Shown here piece after piece: positions 47,307 to 59,989 of a stretch of DNA of 64,000 nt (position 1 is its first letter; every line of letters starts with the position of its first letter). Made by a program: the position numbers and the translations under genes. The DNA lies in assembly GCF_009834535.1 (NCBI RefSeq), contig NC_045696.1, positions 117,864,001 to 117,928,000 on the forward strand. Reading direction: 5' to 3'. Under the pieces are notes generated by a model that was given only the letters and a program-made list of their open reading frames with translations, was not told where the DNA came from and searched no databases. The stretch is from Camelus ferus (Eukaryota).

Positions 47307-47439
47307 CCCTGACCACCGGCTTCCCAAGGAAGGCCCAGGCAGTTGTCTCCAATCCCTCGCCCAGTGGCCTTGGAGCTGGATTCATATCTTTCATCCTCTG
47401 TTTGTCTGTGAATAAATATATACATTATTCTTGTTCTTT

Positions 47440-47860
47440 TAATTCTGTAACCTCTTCAGAGCAGTTAAAAATTATGTTAAAAACTCATTAACTTTGACGA
47501 GATATTGATGATGCCAGCGGTTAATTACGAGCCAGCTGGTGTTATGGCAGGAATTAAAAAGTTAGACATTGGAAGTTTGTTTAAAAAAAAAAACCTACAA
47601 AACAAACAAACAAACAAACAAACAAAAAAAGCCACACCACCACGCACACTTAGAGGATTGTTGGGGGATTACTGAAACAGCGTCACTCAGTGATGACCTT
47701 ACAACACAGTTCAAGGAGAGATCTGTGGACCAACAGATGAAATTGCATCCTTTTACTCTGTTACAGCGTTGGCGTCTTCCAGATTCTCCCTCGCTGAGAA
47801 AATAAAAGTAAGGGCTATAAATTCCCATGCTTCATGGTGTTAATTGATTGCAAGCTGGGG
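47440..47860. promoter_or_regulatory. Candidate conserved non-coding/enhancer block
   Basis: No transposon recognised, retained CpGs; TAATTA (47522-47527), CAGCTG (47533-47538), TAATTGATTG (47841-47850). Confidence 0.4.
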
Positions 47861-48499
47861 TCAGAAAGACATTTCTCCCCAAGGAGTACTCCTGCACAAT
47901 TTAGAGGCACTGCGGGGGCTCTAACATGCCTAAAAAGCATTAAGCAGTGGTCACTGGCAAGTACCAAATAGCAAAATTTAGTACGTTTTCCGTCTGTCCT
48001 CACACGGGAGGCGGGAAAGTGTTCAGGGTCCCCATCTCCACAAGAGCGAGGATTTTTCATAAGCCTATTACCCGACGAGTCCTTTCTTTGCTAGCCAAAA
48101 GAAGAACATTTTTTGAAAGAGAAAATAGGTGGTAAAATACAGTAATGGTTTTTTTTAAAAAAAAGAAGAAAAATAAACAGAAGGAAAAGTTTTCTTTTTC
48201 AAGACTTTGCAACATAAAAATAAAAAAAGTGAAAGACGACGATACAGAGCAAGGATTCAGGGTGCTGATTTGGGGGGTTCTTCAGATCTCAGGTAAGCAG
48301 GAGAGGAGCCTGACCTGCTCACCTGAAAGGGGCGAGTCACTGAAACTGTATGAGCCTCAGTCCTGCGTCTGTAACACAAGCAGCACATCTGTACCTGCCT
48401 CGTCAGCTTTGTATCGGAAGCACGTAGGACACGTAGTACCCTCCGCAAGTGGAGGAGACACAACGTAAACGTTCAGTATTTACTTCCCAGGTGGGCAGT

Positions 48500-48665
48500 G
48501 GGTACAGATCACTGGGGTTCACCGCCATGACTTAGGGTGAGGTAGGGGACCTCTTCAAGCTTCAGTCTCCTCATCAGTAAAATAAATCACAACGGTCCTT
48601 ACCTCACAGCACTGTATTATGAGAGAGCGTTGGAAGGTCTGGCATGTTCCCCCCTAACGTCAGCT
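48500..48665 (+). mobile_element. MIR SINE
   Basis: GCTTCAGTCTCCTCATCAGTAAAAT..CCTTACCTCACAG core. Confidence 0.7.
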
Positions 48666-50339
48666 ACTACTCACTGCTATTTCTAAGACTATGACTATCA
48701 GTACTGTTGCAGATAAAGTCAGAAACCCACTTTCTCCAAAGCCCTGGAGGGGACTCAAGCAGAAAACGAATGCTTATTTCTTGCCCCCTTGGTTCTGACT
48801 CCCCTGTTTAGCAGTGACATCACTAGCCTTCTCTCTCCAAGCATCACCTTGCCGGCGGGACAGGCAGCCTGGGAGCTGTGCAGTCTTTCCCACTAATTAT
48901 CACTGCCCACCCCCCTTCTATCCCCCGCACCCTGGGGAAGGGGGAAGGGGGGGTGGCACAAGGAGCAGCCCTCTAGCTGAGCACCTGATGATGGGTTCAG
49001 ACCGTCATCATCTCTCATCCATCAGTGAATGATCATCATTGTCCACTCATTTCTCTTTTTCAGGGGAGCACACTTACCAAGATGGCTTTCTTTTCTTGTT
49101 TCCCATGAGGCTGTTTATTTTATAGACCTGCTCTCAACTTCACACAGCTTTATGCTCTTCCAGAAAACTGCCCATTGTTTACTGATGTTCAACATAAAAA
49201 GATTTTTTTAAAAAGGTTTTCTTCTCTCCTGCAAATCAACATGTTCCGCCCAAGTCTCCCAGAGCTTGACCCCACCTCATGTCCGCGAAAACAAACCTTC
49301 CAAGTGCATCTCGGAAGACTGGCTTTTTTCTGTTTCTGTTCCTTGGGGCTTCTCTGTCCTCGTGTTTATCTCCTTTTGAGAAACTGAGGGGAGGTGGGTT
49401 TGTGTGGGATACTGTGAATGCTAATTCATTCACAACAGTGGGGCAAATACTCCAGCAAGAAATCCCTTGGCTACCTCAGAGGTCATAGGAATTACCTCAT
49501 CTTCCTCCCCTACTGATGGCTCTGATAAGCCCCAAAGAATGAAAATACTTTGAACCACCAACTGTAACTAAACTCAGAAATGAAAACAACTCTAGTTGGT
49601 TGGAGTATCCTCCTAACTTCTTCCCGATTCTATTCTCACAGATAATGTTCTACATTTTCTGACTTTTTTTTCTTTCTTACAATGAACACTTATTAATTTT
49701 ATAATCAGGGGAAAAACTCTTTTCAAGATTTTCTATCGGTAAAACCGAAAGAAGCAGACAGATGATGCCACCAAACCAATGCTTTATTGTCCCTCTTTTT
49801 CTGGAAATACTGGGGCGTGATTACTAACAGCGGTGATCCCTGACTGTCTGTGTCACGGGCTGGCTTTGGGAGGCTTACAACATAATCTGTCTGCCAAGCA
49901 TCCGATATCACATTTTAAGCTTGCTGTTTGGGGTCTCGTGTTTTCACAGTCCAACTCTTGACTCATTGTGTGTGTGTACGCACACATGTTCCGGGCTGTC
50001 TCTCAGAAGAACGCTTCTTTCTAAATGAAGGGAAGTGTGTCTGGCGAATGCCAAGACCCTGCAAGGAATCAGAGGGCAGAGTCGCTGTTCCTTTGTTCCT
50101 GCTGGTTAATTGCTTTAAAGACAAAAATCAAGGGCAAGTGTATGAAGGAAACCTTTTGAAGGGCACACACCACTTGTACCTTTCGACTGATCACAAATTG
50201 CTTTTTGCCAACTTCTGATCAAGGTGACAAATCTTGGCTCAGAAAAGAAATTTAGCGACGTGTCAGCCCCATCAATAAGCTCTGAGGAGAAGTAATTCAT
50301 TTTTAATGGAAATTCTGTTTACAAAATAGACTAGGTATA

Positions 50340-50640
50340 TAACCAAACTCTAAGAGGAGATAACTCACCCTGGCAAACAGGCTGCATACTTAATAGAGGA
50401 AAATCAAAGTGAAGCAGAACACACCGTACTTCCGGAAATGGAGAACACGCAACATTTTATAGTTAGGACAACAGTGATTTTTTTCCCATTGTACAGACGC
50501 TTTTGTGTTCGGCTTTGATTTAGAATCAAGAAGTAGGAGGAGGGAAATGTTGGGAAAGATGAAAAAGAAAGGGAAGCATTATATTAAGGAAGAATGTATC
50601 CTTAATTTTCAAAAATCTTTAGACAAAATCAAGCTCCTTT
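50340..50640 (+). mobile_element. CR1/L3 RT relic
   Basis: ORF 50505-50693 contains KKGKHY..CILNFQKSLDKI, cf. DKG..VD.VYLDFQKAFDKV; upstream GQQ*F, cf. SQHGF. Confidence 0.6.
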
Positions 50641-51457
50641 TTGTCCCTAGAATGTATTGGGTCTCAGCCAGTTTCTCTCCTCTGCTGGTCTAGTTATTTT
50701 TGTTTCTTTATCAATGTGACCTCATTCCCCTTATAAGTATTGGTGAGACATTTTCTAAATTCCTTTGTTTCTATTCTTTAATTTGCTTTTCCCCACAGCC
50801 CTGCAGACAAGGCAGGTATTATTCCCAAGTGGCAAACGAGAAAACCTAGGCGCCGAGCTGCTCTGCTGGCTGCTGCGAATGACTGAAACACCCAGCCTGG
50901 GTACTCATTACCCCCACGTGCCGGGAGAAGGAGCAGGTGAATGTGTCACCATGTGGCGAAATGACCATCATAAGGTCCTTCTAAAGATTTTCGTTTCCAC
51001 CACAAACTGATTTCTGAGGGAAAAAAAGAGTCCCTGGAAAAACACAGAAACGAAAGTCAAAGCCTCATTAACCTACTATAACTTATGAGGCTGGAGTTAA
51101 AAGAAGAGGGGTGGCACATGCAGGAGAGCCAGTGAGTATACGTAAAAGAGATCACTAAAGATGTTTGAAAATATTCCAGAGATTTAAACCACCACCACAA
51201 CAACAAATTATAAAAAATAAAGAGCAAGAACAGAAAAAGACTGAGGCAGGAGTTCAGGGAAGTAAGATACCAGAGTGCAAACACGTGGTGCTAAAAATCA
51301 CTTTGCTTTATAGGCTTATGTCCCCCTCGGGCCAGCTGTTCTCCAGCTCCCAGCTCCTGGCTTATAATGATGCTCAACAATTTTTGATGCAAGATTAAAT
51401 GCAGGAATGCCCCTCCCTCAATGGGTCCAAGATTTAACATGGAAGTAAATAATTGTT

Positions 51458-51603
51458 TTTTAAAGCATTCTTATTTTTTTTTTTTTTGCAGGGGGAAGTA
51501 GGTTTATTTATTTATTTGGTTTTTCAATGTAGGTACTGGAGTTGAACCCAGGACCCTGTGCGTGCTAAGCATGCACTCTACCACTTGAGCTATACCCTCC
51601 CCC
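51458..51603 (-). mobile_element. Vic-1-type SINE
   Basis: Reverse SINE GAACCCAGGACC..GCTAAGCATGCACTCTACCACTTGAGCTATACCCTCCCC; flanking AATAATTGTT (51448-51457 / 51604-51613). Confidence 0.9.
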
Positions 51604-51629
51604 AATAATTGTTGCAAAGCATCATATTC

Positions 51630-51810
51630 TTGATAATAACAGCTAACAATTTTTGAGCACTTCAGGCCTAAGATCATCATACACAGTAATTCATTAAATT
51701 TTCACAGTGACCCTGTGAGGTAGGACCTATTACCAGCCTGTGCTACAGATAAGTAAACTGGAGCCCAGAGCCACCCAGATGGTGAGCTGCAGAGCTGGGG
51801 TGAGAGTCCA
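51630..51810 (-). mobile_element. MIR SINE
   Basis: AATAACAGCTAACAATTTTTGAGCAC...CCCTGTGAGGTAGG..ACAGATAAGTAAACTG. Confidence 0.75.
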
Positions 51811-51874
51811 GCATCGGTAGCGAGTATGACAGTGGGTACCACTTTGTGCGACCATGTTCTGTGTTGTGGCGGGA

Positions 51875-52428
51875 GGATGACCACTGGGTTGACTGCAGAA
51901 GTAGCCACAGTTATCAGTTCCCCTGTGTCCTTGCTGTTTGTAATTGACTTTGCAGTTCCTCCCACCCAGGGGGTAGAATCTCTTCCCCCTACCCCATGGG
52001 TCTGGGCTGGCCTCAGGACTTACTCCGGCCAGCAGGGCATGGTGGGAGTGACAGATGTCTCAGTCCCACGCCTAGGACTCAAGAGGCCCTGCTTCTGCCT
52101 ACTTCCCTGGGACATTGACACTGGCCTGTGGGCAAGCCTGGGATGGGTTGCTGGATTATTATCACATGGAGCACAACCGAGTCTGTGGGTCCATCCCAGC
52201 TGAGGCCTCGGAGATGTGAGACAATCTATCCAACATCAGCGAAGCCGGCTAGGTGACCGGCCGCTGATGGCAGATCATGAAGGAGTCCAGCTGGGATCAC
52301 AATTACCCAGCTGAGCCCAGTCAACTGCCAGCTGCCAACTCACAGAATCGGGAAGTAAATAAATAGCGATTGTTTTAAGCCACCAAGTTTTAAGGTAGTC
52401 TGTTACACAAAAATAAGTGAGTAATATG
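51875..52428 (+). mobile_element. MLT1F/G-like MaLR LTR
   Basis: GACTTTGCAGTTCCTCCCA..TCTGGGCTGGCC...CCCAGCTGAGCCCAG...TGTTTTAAGCCACCAAGTTT. Confidence 0.8.
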
Positions 52429-52449
52429 CCCACTGTATCAAAATCTGTG

Positions 52450-53547
52450 AGGATGCTTCAGTTATTTTTTTTAAGTCACATAAATGATCTGAGAGGGAGA
52501 AATGTGTCTTAGAATTACCAAGATAAAAGTATTTTTGGAAGACCAATATGGTGAACAATTGGAATCTTACAGCAGGACTACCTCAAAGATGTAACCAAAA
52601 TAAACCAAGGCCAAGACCCTCATAATTCCTGGTTAATTACATGGTAGGATACTTCTGAAACGGTCCCTGGTGATCCCCAAGATCCCTCCCAGATCTCCTA
52701 CAAGGCTACCATCATGGTGTCACCTGGGTCTGTGGCCTCATTTGAAGTCTCAGCAGGGGAAGAATCAGCTTCCAAACCCACCACATTATCATTGGCAGGA
52801 TCTGGTTCTCGAGGGCTGTTGGACTGAGGTCCTCAGTTCCTTGCTTGCTGCTGGCCAGAGGCCACCGTCAGGTCTTTGCCACGAGGACCACTCCCCCAGG
52901 GAGCAGCTTACAACATGGTGGTTGGCTTCTTTAGAACAAGCACACTAAAAGACTCAGAGAGAGAGAGTGTACAAGCGAAATGGAAGTCACAGACTTTCAT
53001 AACCTAATCTTGAAATTGATTTGTCACCACTTACGCCACATTCTACACATTAGAAGCAAGTCTTAGGTCACGCTCGGGCATAAGGGGAGGGGAATTACAC
53101 AAGGGCACGGACATCCAGGATTTGAGGATCTTTGGGAACCACTTTAAAAGTGGCCTACCACGTAAGTAAATTCTAGGAAACTGTGAAGATGTGGGGTTTG
53201 TAATCAGGAACTTATTCATCAAATTTCAACATGCTAGACCTCAGGAACACGCTCTGGAAACTTGAAAGAGGTCATCTCTTTTTTAATCCAAATTATGCAG
53301 GGATCTTATGGTCCCAAAAGAATAACAAAGGGTGAAACTATAAATAAGTTTTAAAAGGTTTAGGAAAATTCTCAGATGCTGGCTCTATAATGGAATATTA
53401 ACGGGGTGTAAGGAATGTGTGCAGTGGATCCCTAATGTTTTCAGAGTAATGTCAAGAAAGACAACATTAGCTCCCTACAAAACATCCCTGAGAGGCAGGC
53501 AAGATGGACCACTGGCCTAATCTGTTGTGGCATTTCTTATATACTTA
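52450..53547 (+). mobile_element. CR1/L3 3' end, split by an MLT1E/F-like LTR (minus, ~52700-53162)
   Basis: AAATAAGTTTTAAAAGGTTTAGGAAAATTC; terminal AGATGGACCACTGGCCTAATCTGTTGTGGCATTTCTTAT (53502-53540), cf. CR1 3' end GATGGACCATTGGTCTGACCCAGTATGGC.ATTCTTATG. Confidence 0.75.
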
Positions 53548-53599
53548 TGCATAACACTATGGGGGAATGCAATAAAAATTTAAACAAGGTACTAAAGTT

Positions 53600-54260
53600 C
53601 AGCAAAGTGGGAGGATGGAGCTTTTGAAAAATGGAGACGTGACGTCCCTACTTGGTGTCTAAGACATTTGATATGCCGGTGCTCTTTTATAAGAGTTCAT
53701 CCACAGAAGCTCATCTCCATCTTAGAGTCAAACAACCAGGTCTTGGTTCCTCACAGAATTAAAGAGAAGAAAACAGGGTTTTGTAGAATATTACCGTTAG
53801 AGAGAGGAAGAAAATATCTGACTGTCTATGACGGGGTTCTCTTTTTTTACCCACGTTATGTTCCAGTGTTTAAAATGGCAAAGCCATCTATTTTGCCCGG
53901 AGGCAGTGTCTAAGTAGATATTTTAGGCATACACTTGGGGCTTGGGGGGGATTTGTTTCCCTCAAGTTTCTTAGAGGAGAATGAGGACGTGTGTGTGGAA
54001 GGTTTACTAGTACTTGCCTTACTAGACACACAGTAGGGCAAACGAGTGTTCCCTGCTAATGCAGTCGCACTTAATTGGAAGATAAACATCCCCCTGTGAA
54101 AAGAATGAATTTAAAAGTTTCCACATAAGCAGAGTCGTACATTTTGACATCGTAAGAGCAGTAGCTTCTGTCAATCAGCCTGAATTCTCTTTAAGCCTTA
54201 AACATATAAGTCACATTGAGAGGGTTATGCATTTCACAAGTGGATTTAGATATAAATACT
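53600..54260 (+). mobile_element. Second CR1/L3 ORF2 C-terminal relic
   Basis: LFYKS (53682-53696), HL.E, QV..PH (cf. PLYKS..PHLEY..QFWSPH); TTCACAAGTGGATTTAGAT tail-like segment. Confidence 0.5.
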
Positions 54261-54882
54261 TTTGCTGGCTCCAGTTCAACACAACAAAAGAAGTCAAACA
54301 TTAGTCTGTATTTGTATTTCTTTGCTGAAGTGTTTTGACATAAACTGCACACAATCCTAGCTGGAAAGCAGCAGGCAGTTTGGAACTAACTGCCCCTCAC
54401 ACTTGAATTCTTTGTGATATGAAAAAAATTCTTTTCTACTTAGAAAATTAGAAAGCATATGAGTGAAAAGTTTGCTCAAACTTAAGAGAAGAATTTTTTT
54501 CCAAACAGCACAGCATTTCTGAAAACTTTGAGCTTCACACAAAATTCACTTTCTACATCTCAGAATGTCTATAGAATCAAATTCCCAAATTTCAAAAGCA
54601 ACACAATATATAGTCAGCATTTACTCCTTTCGAAGACAGAAAGTGATACCTGTTATAACTAGAATTCACTCAGAACATGCTTCTGGTTTTTTTTTTTTTT
54701 TTTAACCAATTCAGTTCTTCCAATGCAAAGAAAAGTCATTCTGAGTTGAAAGCACTAAATATCCACATTATATCACAAGATACTCTTAGAGACACTTATG
54801 AAAAGGAATATTTTTAGAAATTTTAGAAGTTTTGTAGTTAATATGGCTACATGGAGTTGGAAGGAAAGCTCTGGAAATTGTC

Positions 54883-55330
54883 TGTATTAGTCAGTTATTC
54901 ACACAATAATGCTGAATAACAAACCACCCTAAAACTCATGGACTTAAAACAGCAATTATTTATTCCCACACCCATCAGCAGCAGGGTGGCAGCTTTGTGG
55001 CCAAGCTGGGTGGGACTGTTGGCTCCAGGCTGCAGGTTTAGTTTAGATCAACTCCAGGTGGCTCAGTAATTGTCAGGGGCACATGGTCCTCATTTCTCAG
55101 TCTGGGACTCAGGCTGAAGCAGCTGTGGCTTCCTGAGGCAGGCAGTCCTCCCTGAGGACCAGAGTGCAAACCCAATCATGCCAACCTGATCACCCCAGCA
55201 CATGCAAAGCCTCTGCTTCTCTCAAGTGTATTAACGTCCCTTTGGCAAAACAACCTGCATGATCAAGTCCTAGGTCTATGGGTAGGGAATCATACTTTGT
55301 CACAATGAAGTCATGACAATAAAGTAGGCT
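54883..55330 (-). mobile_element. MLT1 (H/I-like) MaLR LTR
   Basis: TGTATTAGTCAG..ATAATGCTGAATAACAAACCACCCTAAAACTCA..ACTTAAAACAGCAATTATTTATT. Confidence 0.8.
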
Positions 55331-55483
55331 CCCATGTTCTCATTTCTAGGTGTTATTGCCAACCTGAAATAGTCAATGGATGATTTCTGCCTTCTTCCAT
55401 ATTGAGTATAACATTATTGTTATATTAAAAAGGAAGAATCCAGAGGGCAGGTTTTTGTAAAAATTTTTGTACTTCATTGAAAA

Positions 55484-55990
55484 TGTAATAGGGAAGAACA
55501 AATCTGACTCCATATTCAATCTGTTTCTTTTACTTTAACCTTTGTATTCTATAGCTTTTGCTACAAGTTAAGAACATTGCCTAGAGCCTGAAATATACAG
55601 TATAGCCCATTTTCAAGGCTCTGACCTTTAAGGGTAGAACACTTCTCCATTCATATAGAGATAAAAAGAAAAGCTGCAGAAGAGAGAAAAACATTTGTCT
55701 TGTTGGAGGTTTACAGGAACATCATGACCTGACCTATGTGGACAGCTGCAAGAACAAAGGATTCCGACACCAAGAAGTCTGCAAAAACCAACCACACCCT
55801 CCTGCCCCATTTTTAGTATAAAAGAATTTCATATCCTGAATTTTAACTCAAGGATGGTTCTTTGAGGCACTAGTCCACCATCTTCTCCATCTGCTGACTT
55901 TCCAAAGTCACAATTCCTTACCCCAACACCTTGTCTCCCCATTTATTGGGCTGTCATATGGTGAGCAGTGCAAGCCTGGACTCAGTAACA
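55484..55990 (+). mobile_element. Solo ERV1 LTR, MER41_BT-like (cetartiodactyl)
   Basis: TGTAATAGGGAAGAACAAATCTGACTCCATATT..CTTTAACCTTTGTATTCT start, TATAAAA box, CAGTAACA end; flanks GAAAA/GAAAT. Confidence 0.8.
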
Positions 55991-56297
55991 GAAATCTGCA
56001 TACAAAGGGCAATTCTATGGTTTAAAAATGCCCATGGTTAGGAGTTTTATACCAAATATGAATATTTTCATATATACAGATATCTTTAAATTCTAGAATT
56101 ACACTTAGATTTAGATATATAACTCTTTTACTATTTGCTTTCTTTTCTGAATAATTTAGTTGGAAGTCAACAGGGCTGTAGCTCACCCCTGATTAAACTC
56201 TTAAGAGTAGCAAATTATTTCAAAGAAGGAGAATTTTAAACAAAACAAGTGGAAAAATAAGCTAAAATAAACACTAAAATTCAAACTGCATTTCACC

Positions 56298-56684
56298 TGT
56301 GGGTTCATAAACTGGTTTTATCCACGGAGGGCAGAGGGAGAACAGATTTCTCCAGATGGGTAGGAGGCAGGTGTAATAAGCAAGGGAACTTACACACAAG
56401 GCTTGTCTTAGGTACCACAAGATGAGTAGGACTTCACACTGCCCCCACCAGAATCTTAAAGTTTATGTAGAGGCCTTAATGGGGCTTTGTTATGAATTCA
56501 GTCCCAATGATCTCAATACCACAATACTCTCTCAAGGCCATGCCCTTGAAAACAGCTCCAGCTGTGGGAACAGTTGGCAGAACTTAAATTCCATGGACAA
56601 GGGAGGGGTAAGGAGCATCCACTTGTCCAGGGCCAGTTCATGGGTCAACTGGTGGTCATGTCTTCTGGATAAGTTCCCCCAACA
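56298..56684 (-). mobile_element. Solo LTR, probably ERVL class
   Basis: TG...CA termini (minus start TGTTGGGGG); 5-bp flanks TCACC/TTGCC. Confidence 0.65.
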
Positions 56685-57369
56685 TTGCCAAGAAAATTTT
56701 TCTTAAAAATTGCCAAGAAAATAATAATAACAAATGACATTTTAGTCCCCCTGAGACAGAGCAGCAACTTTGACTTCTTCTGTCAGTTTGAGGCTTTACA
56801 TGGCAACCCCAAGTCAAAACGGCCCAACATTTGTATACTCTCCCTCCAGAAGCCTGCACTGGCTGGACTCCAGTGGACTGATTAGCTCGAAAGCTTCTTA
56901 GTCCAGGATGTATTCGTTTCTAAAGCAAATAAATGTGAGGCTGACCCAGCCACCTTGCTTTCTCTGGAGAAAGTAATTTTTAAAAAGTCTACCTTTGGCA
57001 ATATCTGTTCTCCGATGGAGCATAAAGAGTGGGAGAAAAACACTCATTTCCAGTTATTCTGTGTAAACCCTCTCACAGTTAGTTTGGGGTGCAGTCACAA
57101 ATCCTTTCAATAGAAGTTTAGTATAGGAGTTTTGTCTCTTATCAACTATGTCCACTTAAGAACAAAAAGTTTATCTGTGTACATTTTTTCTTTCTGTTTG
57201 TCTATAATTTGACTTCAGTTTCGTTTGGATCAAGGAGAGTTCTCTTTGCATCCCTGAAAACATCTTCCACTATGCCTTGTATTTAGGAAGTATTTGATGA
57301 ATCTGCCTGAACAAACTGAATCACTGGCTCCTCCCTTTTATAAATCCACTGGCTTAAAGGAGTATTCAC

Positions 57370-57760
57370 TAGTCTCTTGGGGAAGACAATGACTGTTCTT
57401 GACAGCAGTAGGCAAATTATGAAAAATGAGGAAAATCACCAGAGTGAAATACCAAACTATGACTCAGATATATTTGGGCTCCAACCAAAATGACCAAGAG
57501 AAAACGTACTGGCTTCACGGGAAACCTCTGGAACTGGATTTTGTCTCCTGAAACTGGATTTCATGCTCCTGGCTGCAGCATGAAGACAGTGAGAGACCAA
57601 ACACTGGACTCAGCAGAAATGTGCTGGTTGCAAATAATTTTATCCACGTAGCCAAAGAAAAATTGTGAAAGGTAGAAAATGTAAAACATACCATGGAAGC
57701 TATCTAGAATACAAGTCTGTAGACTTCTGAATAAATTTGGTTAACTTGTTTAAGTAATGG
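57370..57760 (+). mobile_element. CR1/L3 ORF2 relic
   Basis: PNY..IFG (57452, cf. NPNYTYKMMG), QEK, SMKT, AN, KVEN, YLEY (57701-57712, cf. HLEY), in order. Confidence 0.6.
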
Positions 57761-58579
57761 CATGTTCAAATGTCCAAATAACTCCCACTCTGTCAGCTAA
57801 AACCTATTAAGATCTTGCCTTTTGCCTTCAGAAAATAGCTTAACAAAATTCTTCAGGGAACTGAGGCTGCGATGTGATTTTCACGTAGCAATAACCCACT
57901 TCAACAGTGTTCCTGGCTCACTTTCAGAACTTCAAGTGTAACCGTTTCCACACAATCTCACATTTAATTTTGTTAAAACATACAGAGAAGCACTAAAAAT
58001 AATCATATAACAAAGATTATTATTCCTTTTCTTGACAACAAGTGATTACAATTTAAACTGATGTTACGTTCTTCCTTTCAATATAAGTTTCTTGACCGTC
58101 AAGCACTTGGATCCCACCACTTCCCACATAAAATCATCTGATTAATACGTTTTTCTTCTCTGATGCCCATTTACTGATTAAATACACATTTTCCCTTGAC
58201 CAAATGATTGCCTCTTCAATTTCCTGAAATTCTAGGCAAAAGAATAAAAATTTAAGACTTTTTATGATGAAAATTTTAGACATACACAAAGTAAACACAA
58301 ATGGTTAATGTAGGACAAGGTGTCTCGGATAAGGAGACTCCCATTGGTTTCAAAGTCTTCCTTGCTAGAACTGCCAGTCCATCCTTAACCCAGAACCCCT
58401 TTCTCCTTTGTCTCCAACCTTGTTCTTTGTTAGAATTCCAAGGGGGAGAGAAACAAATGATGCTCCTCCTCTTCCCCAGTTCCAGTCTGAAATACTTCTA
58501 TCTGAACTATTCCTCACCCATCTTCACACTCAACTCAATCTCTCTTAACCCCACAAGGAATTTTAGAAAGTAAAAAGCA

Positions 58580-59520
58580 GCTCGATTTGTTTGTTCAATC
58601 ATTCATTTACCAGCTATTTCGGGTTATGTGCCAGCAAGTGCAATAGGAAGTGTGGATTCTACATAGATGGACATAATTTCCATCCCACATGGAGCTGACA
58701 GCTAGTGAGGACGAACAAGAAATAGTCACTGACAACAGGTGTGGAAAGTGTATAATGGGGATGTAAGGCTTACTCTTGAAGTCGGGAGGAGGAGTCTAAC
58801 CAGACAAGTAGAGGGGCTGGGTGGTCAGGGAAGATTGTTTGGAAGAAGTGATATCCAAGCAAAACTCTAAAGGATGATTAGAAACTAGCCAGGTGAAGAG
58901 ATACAGGGAAAGCGTTCAAGGCAGACAGAACAGCGCATACGGAGCCCCAGATGTATGAGAGGCTGATATACGTGGGGGGAAATATCAAAGTGCGATATGG
59001 CTAGAGCAGATTCAGCATGGGGAGGGGATTTGACGGGGGAAAAAATAAAGGAATAAATGAGGCTGGGAAGATCGCCACGGGCTAGTTTTTGCAGCACTTT
59101 GTACTTCAAGTGAAGGGAGTTTGGATTTTTACCTTGAGGGTGATGGGAACCATTGATGAATACTAAACACGACGGTGAAATAACTAGATTTGACTTAGAG
59201 TGATCACTCTCACCACATGTGAAGATCAGACTGAGCAGGGAGATAAGAGGAGACAAGGAGAAGGGAGGGGAGTCTTGTTAGAGGCTCAGCAGTACTGCAG
59301 GTGAGAGGGATGGTGGCTTTCTCTGGGGTGAAGGCATTGGGGGTCGAGAGATGGAAGGATTCAAGGAGGACTGTGGGGCAGAGGGGAGAATGATATTTAC
59401 TGAATAGTTGGTTGTGGGAGGAAAAAGGGAAATCATTGTGATATTCAAAATCCTGCTTGGCCAAGAGAGTAGGTGGTGGTGCCATTTGCAGAGACAAAGA
59501 GACCATGTTGAGTCTGGGGT
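58580..59520 (-). mobile_element. L2 LINE fragment
   Basis: TTGTTCAATCATTCATTTACC..TATGTGCCAG reverse tail; GAGTTTGGATTTT..GATGGGAACCATTGA..AGATTTG..AGTGATCACTCT body. Confidence 0.85.
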
Positions 59521-59989
59521 CCCCAGGGTATGTCAGTGGCCACACTGGGCCTTGGGGAACAAGACTAGATTGGATAAATGCAGTTCACAGGAATCGTCAT
59601 GGAAGCTGATGATCACTTGCCCCATTATTTTAATGTCTCCCCTAGTTGGGCATTTGCCCCTTTGCTATGGGCCACCAACCTGGTGAAGGGGAAAGGGATC
59701 TGGGTTCGGAATCAGGAGACGTGGGTTCCAGTTCAAGTTCTGCCACCCAGAGATCTGTGACCCTGAGGATATCCCTTTAAGTCTCTGGGTTTCATTATCT
59801 GCAGAATAATAAGGTTAAAGTTACCCCCCAAGCTCCTTTTCAGGCCCAGCATTCTGGTGTATGGCTCCAGTTAATCTATGCCCTGTTTATTCAAGTTGAC
59901 TCTTTGAAATAAACCACTGTTAAGACATTGAACAAGAAATGTTGTAGGCAGTAAAACTCCCTTTTCCTTTTTTCTTTAATATCAGAAAT

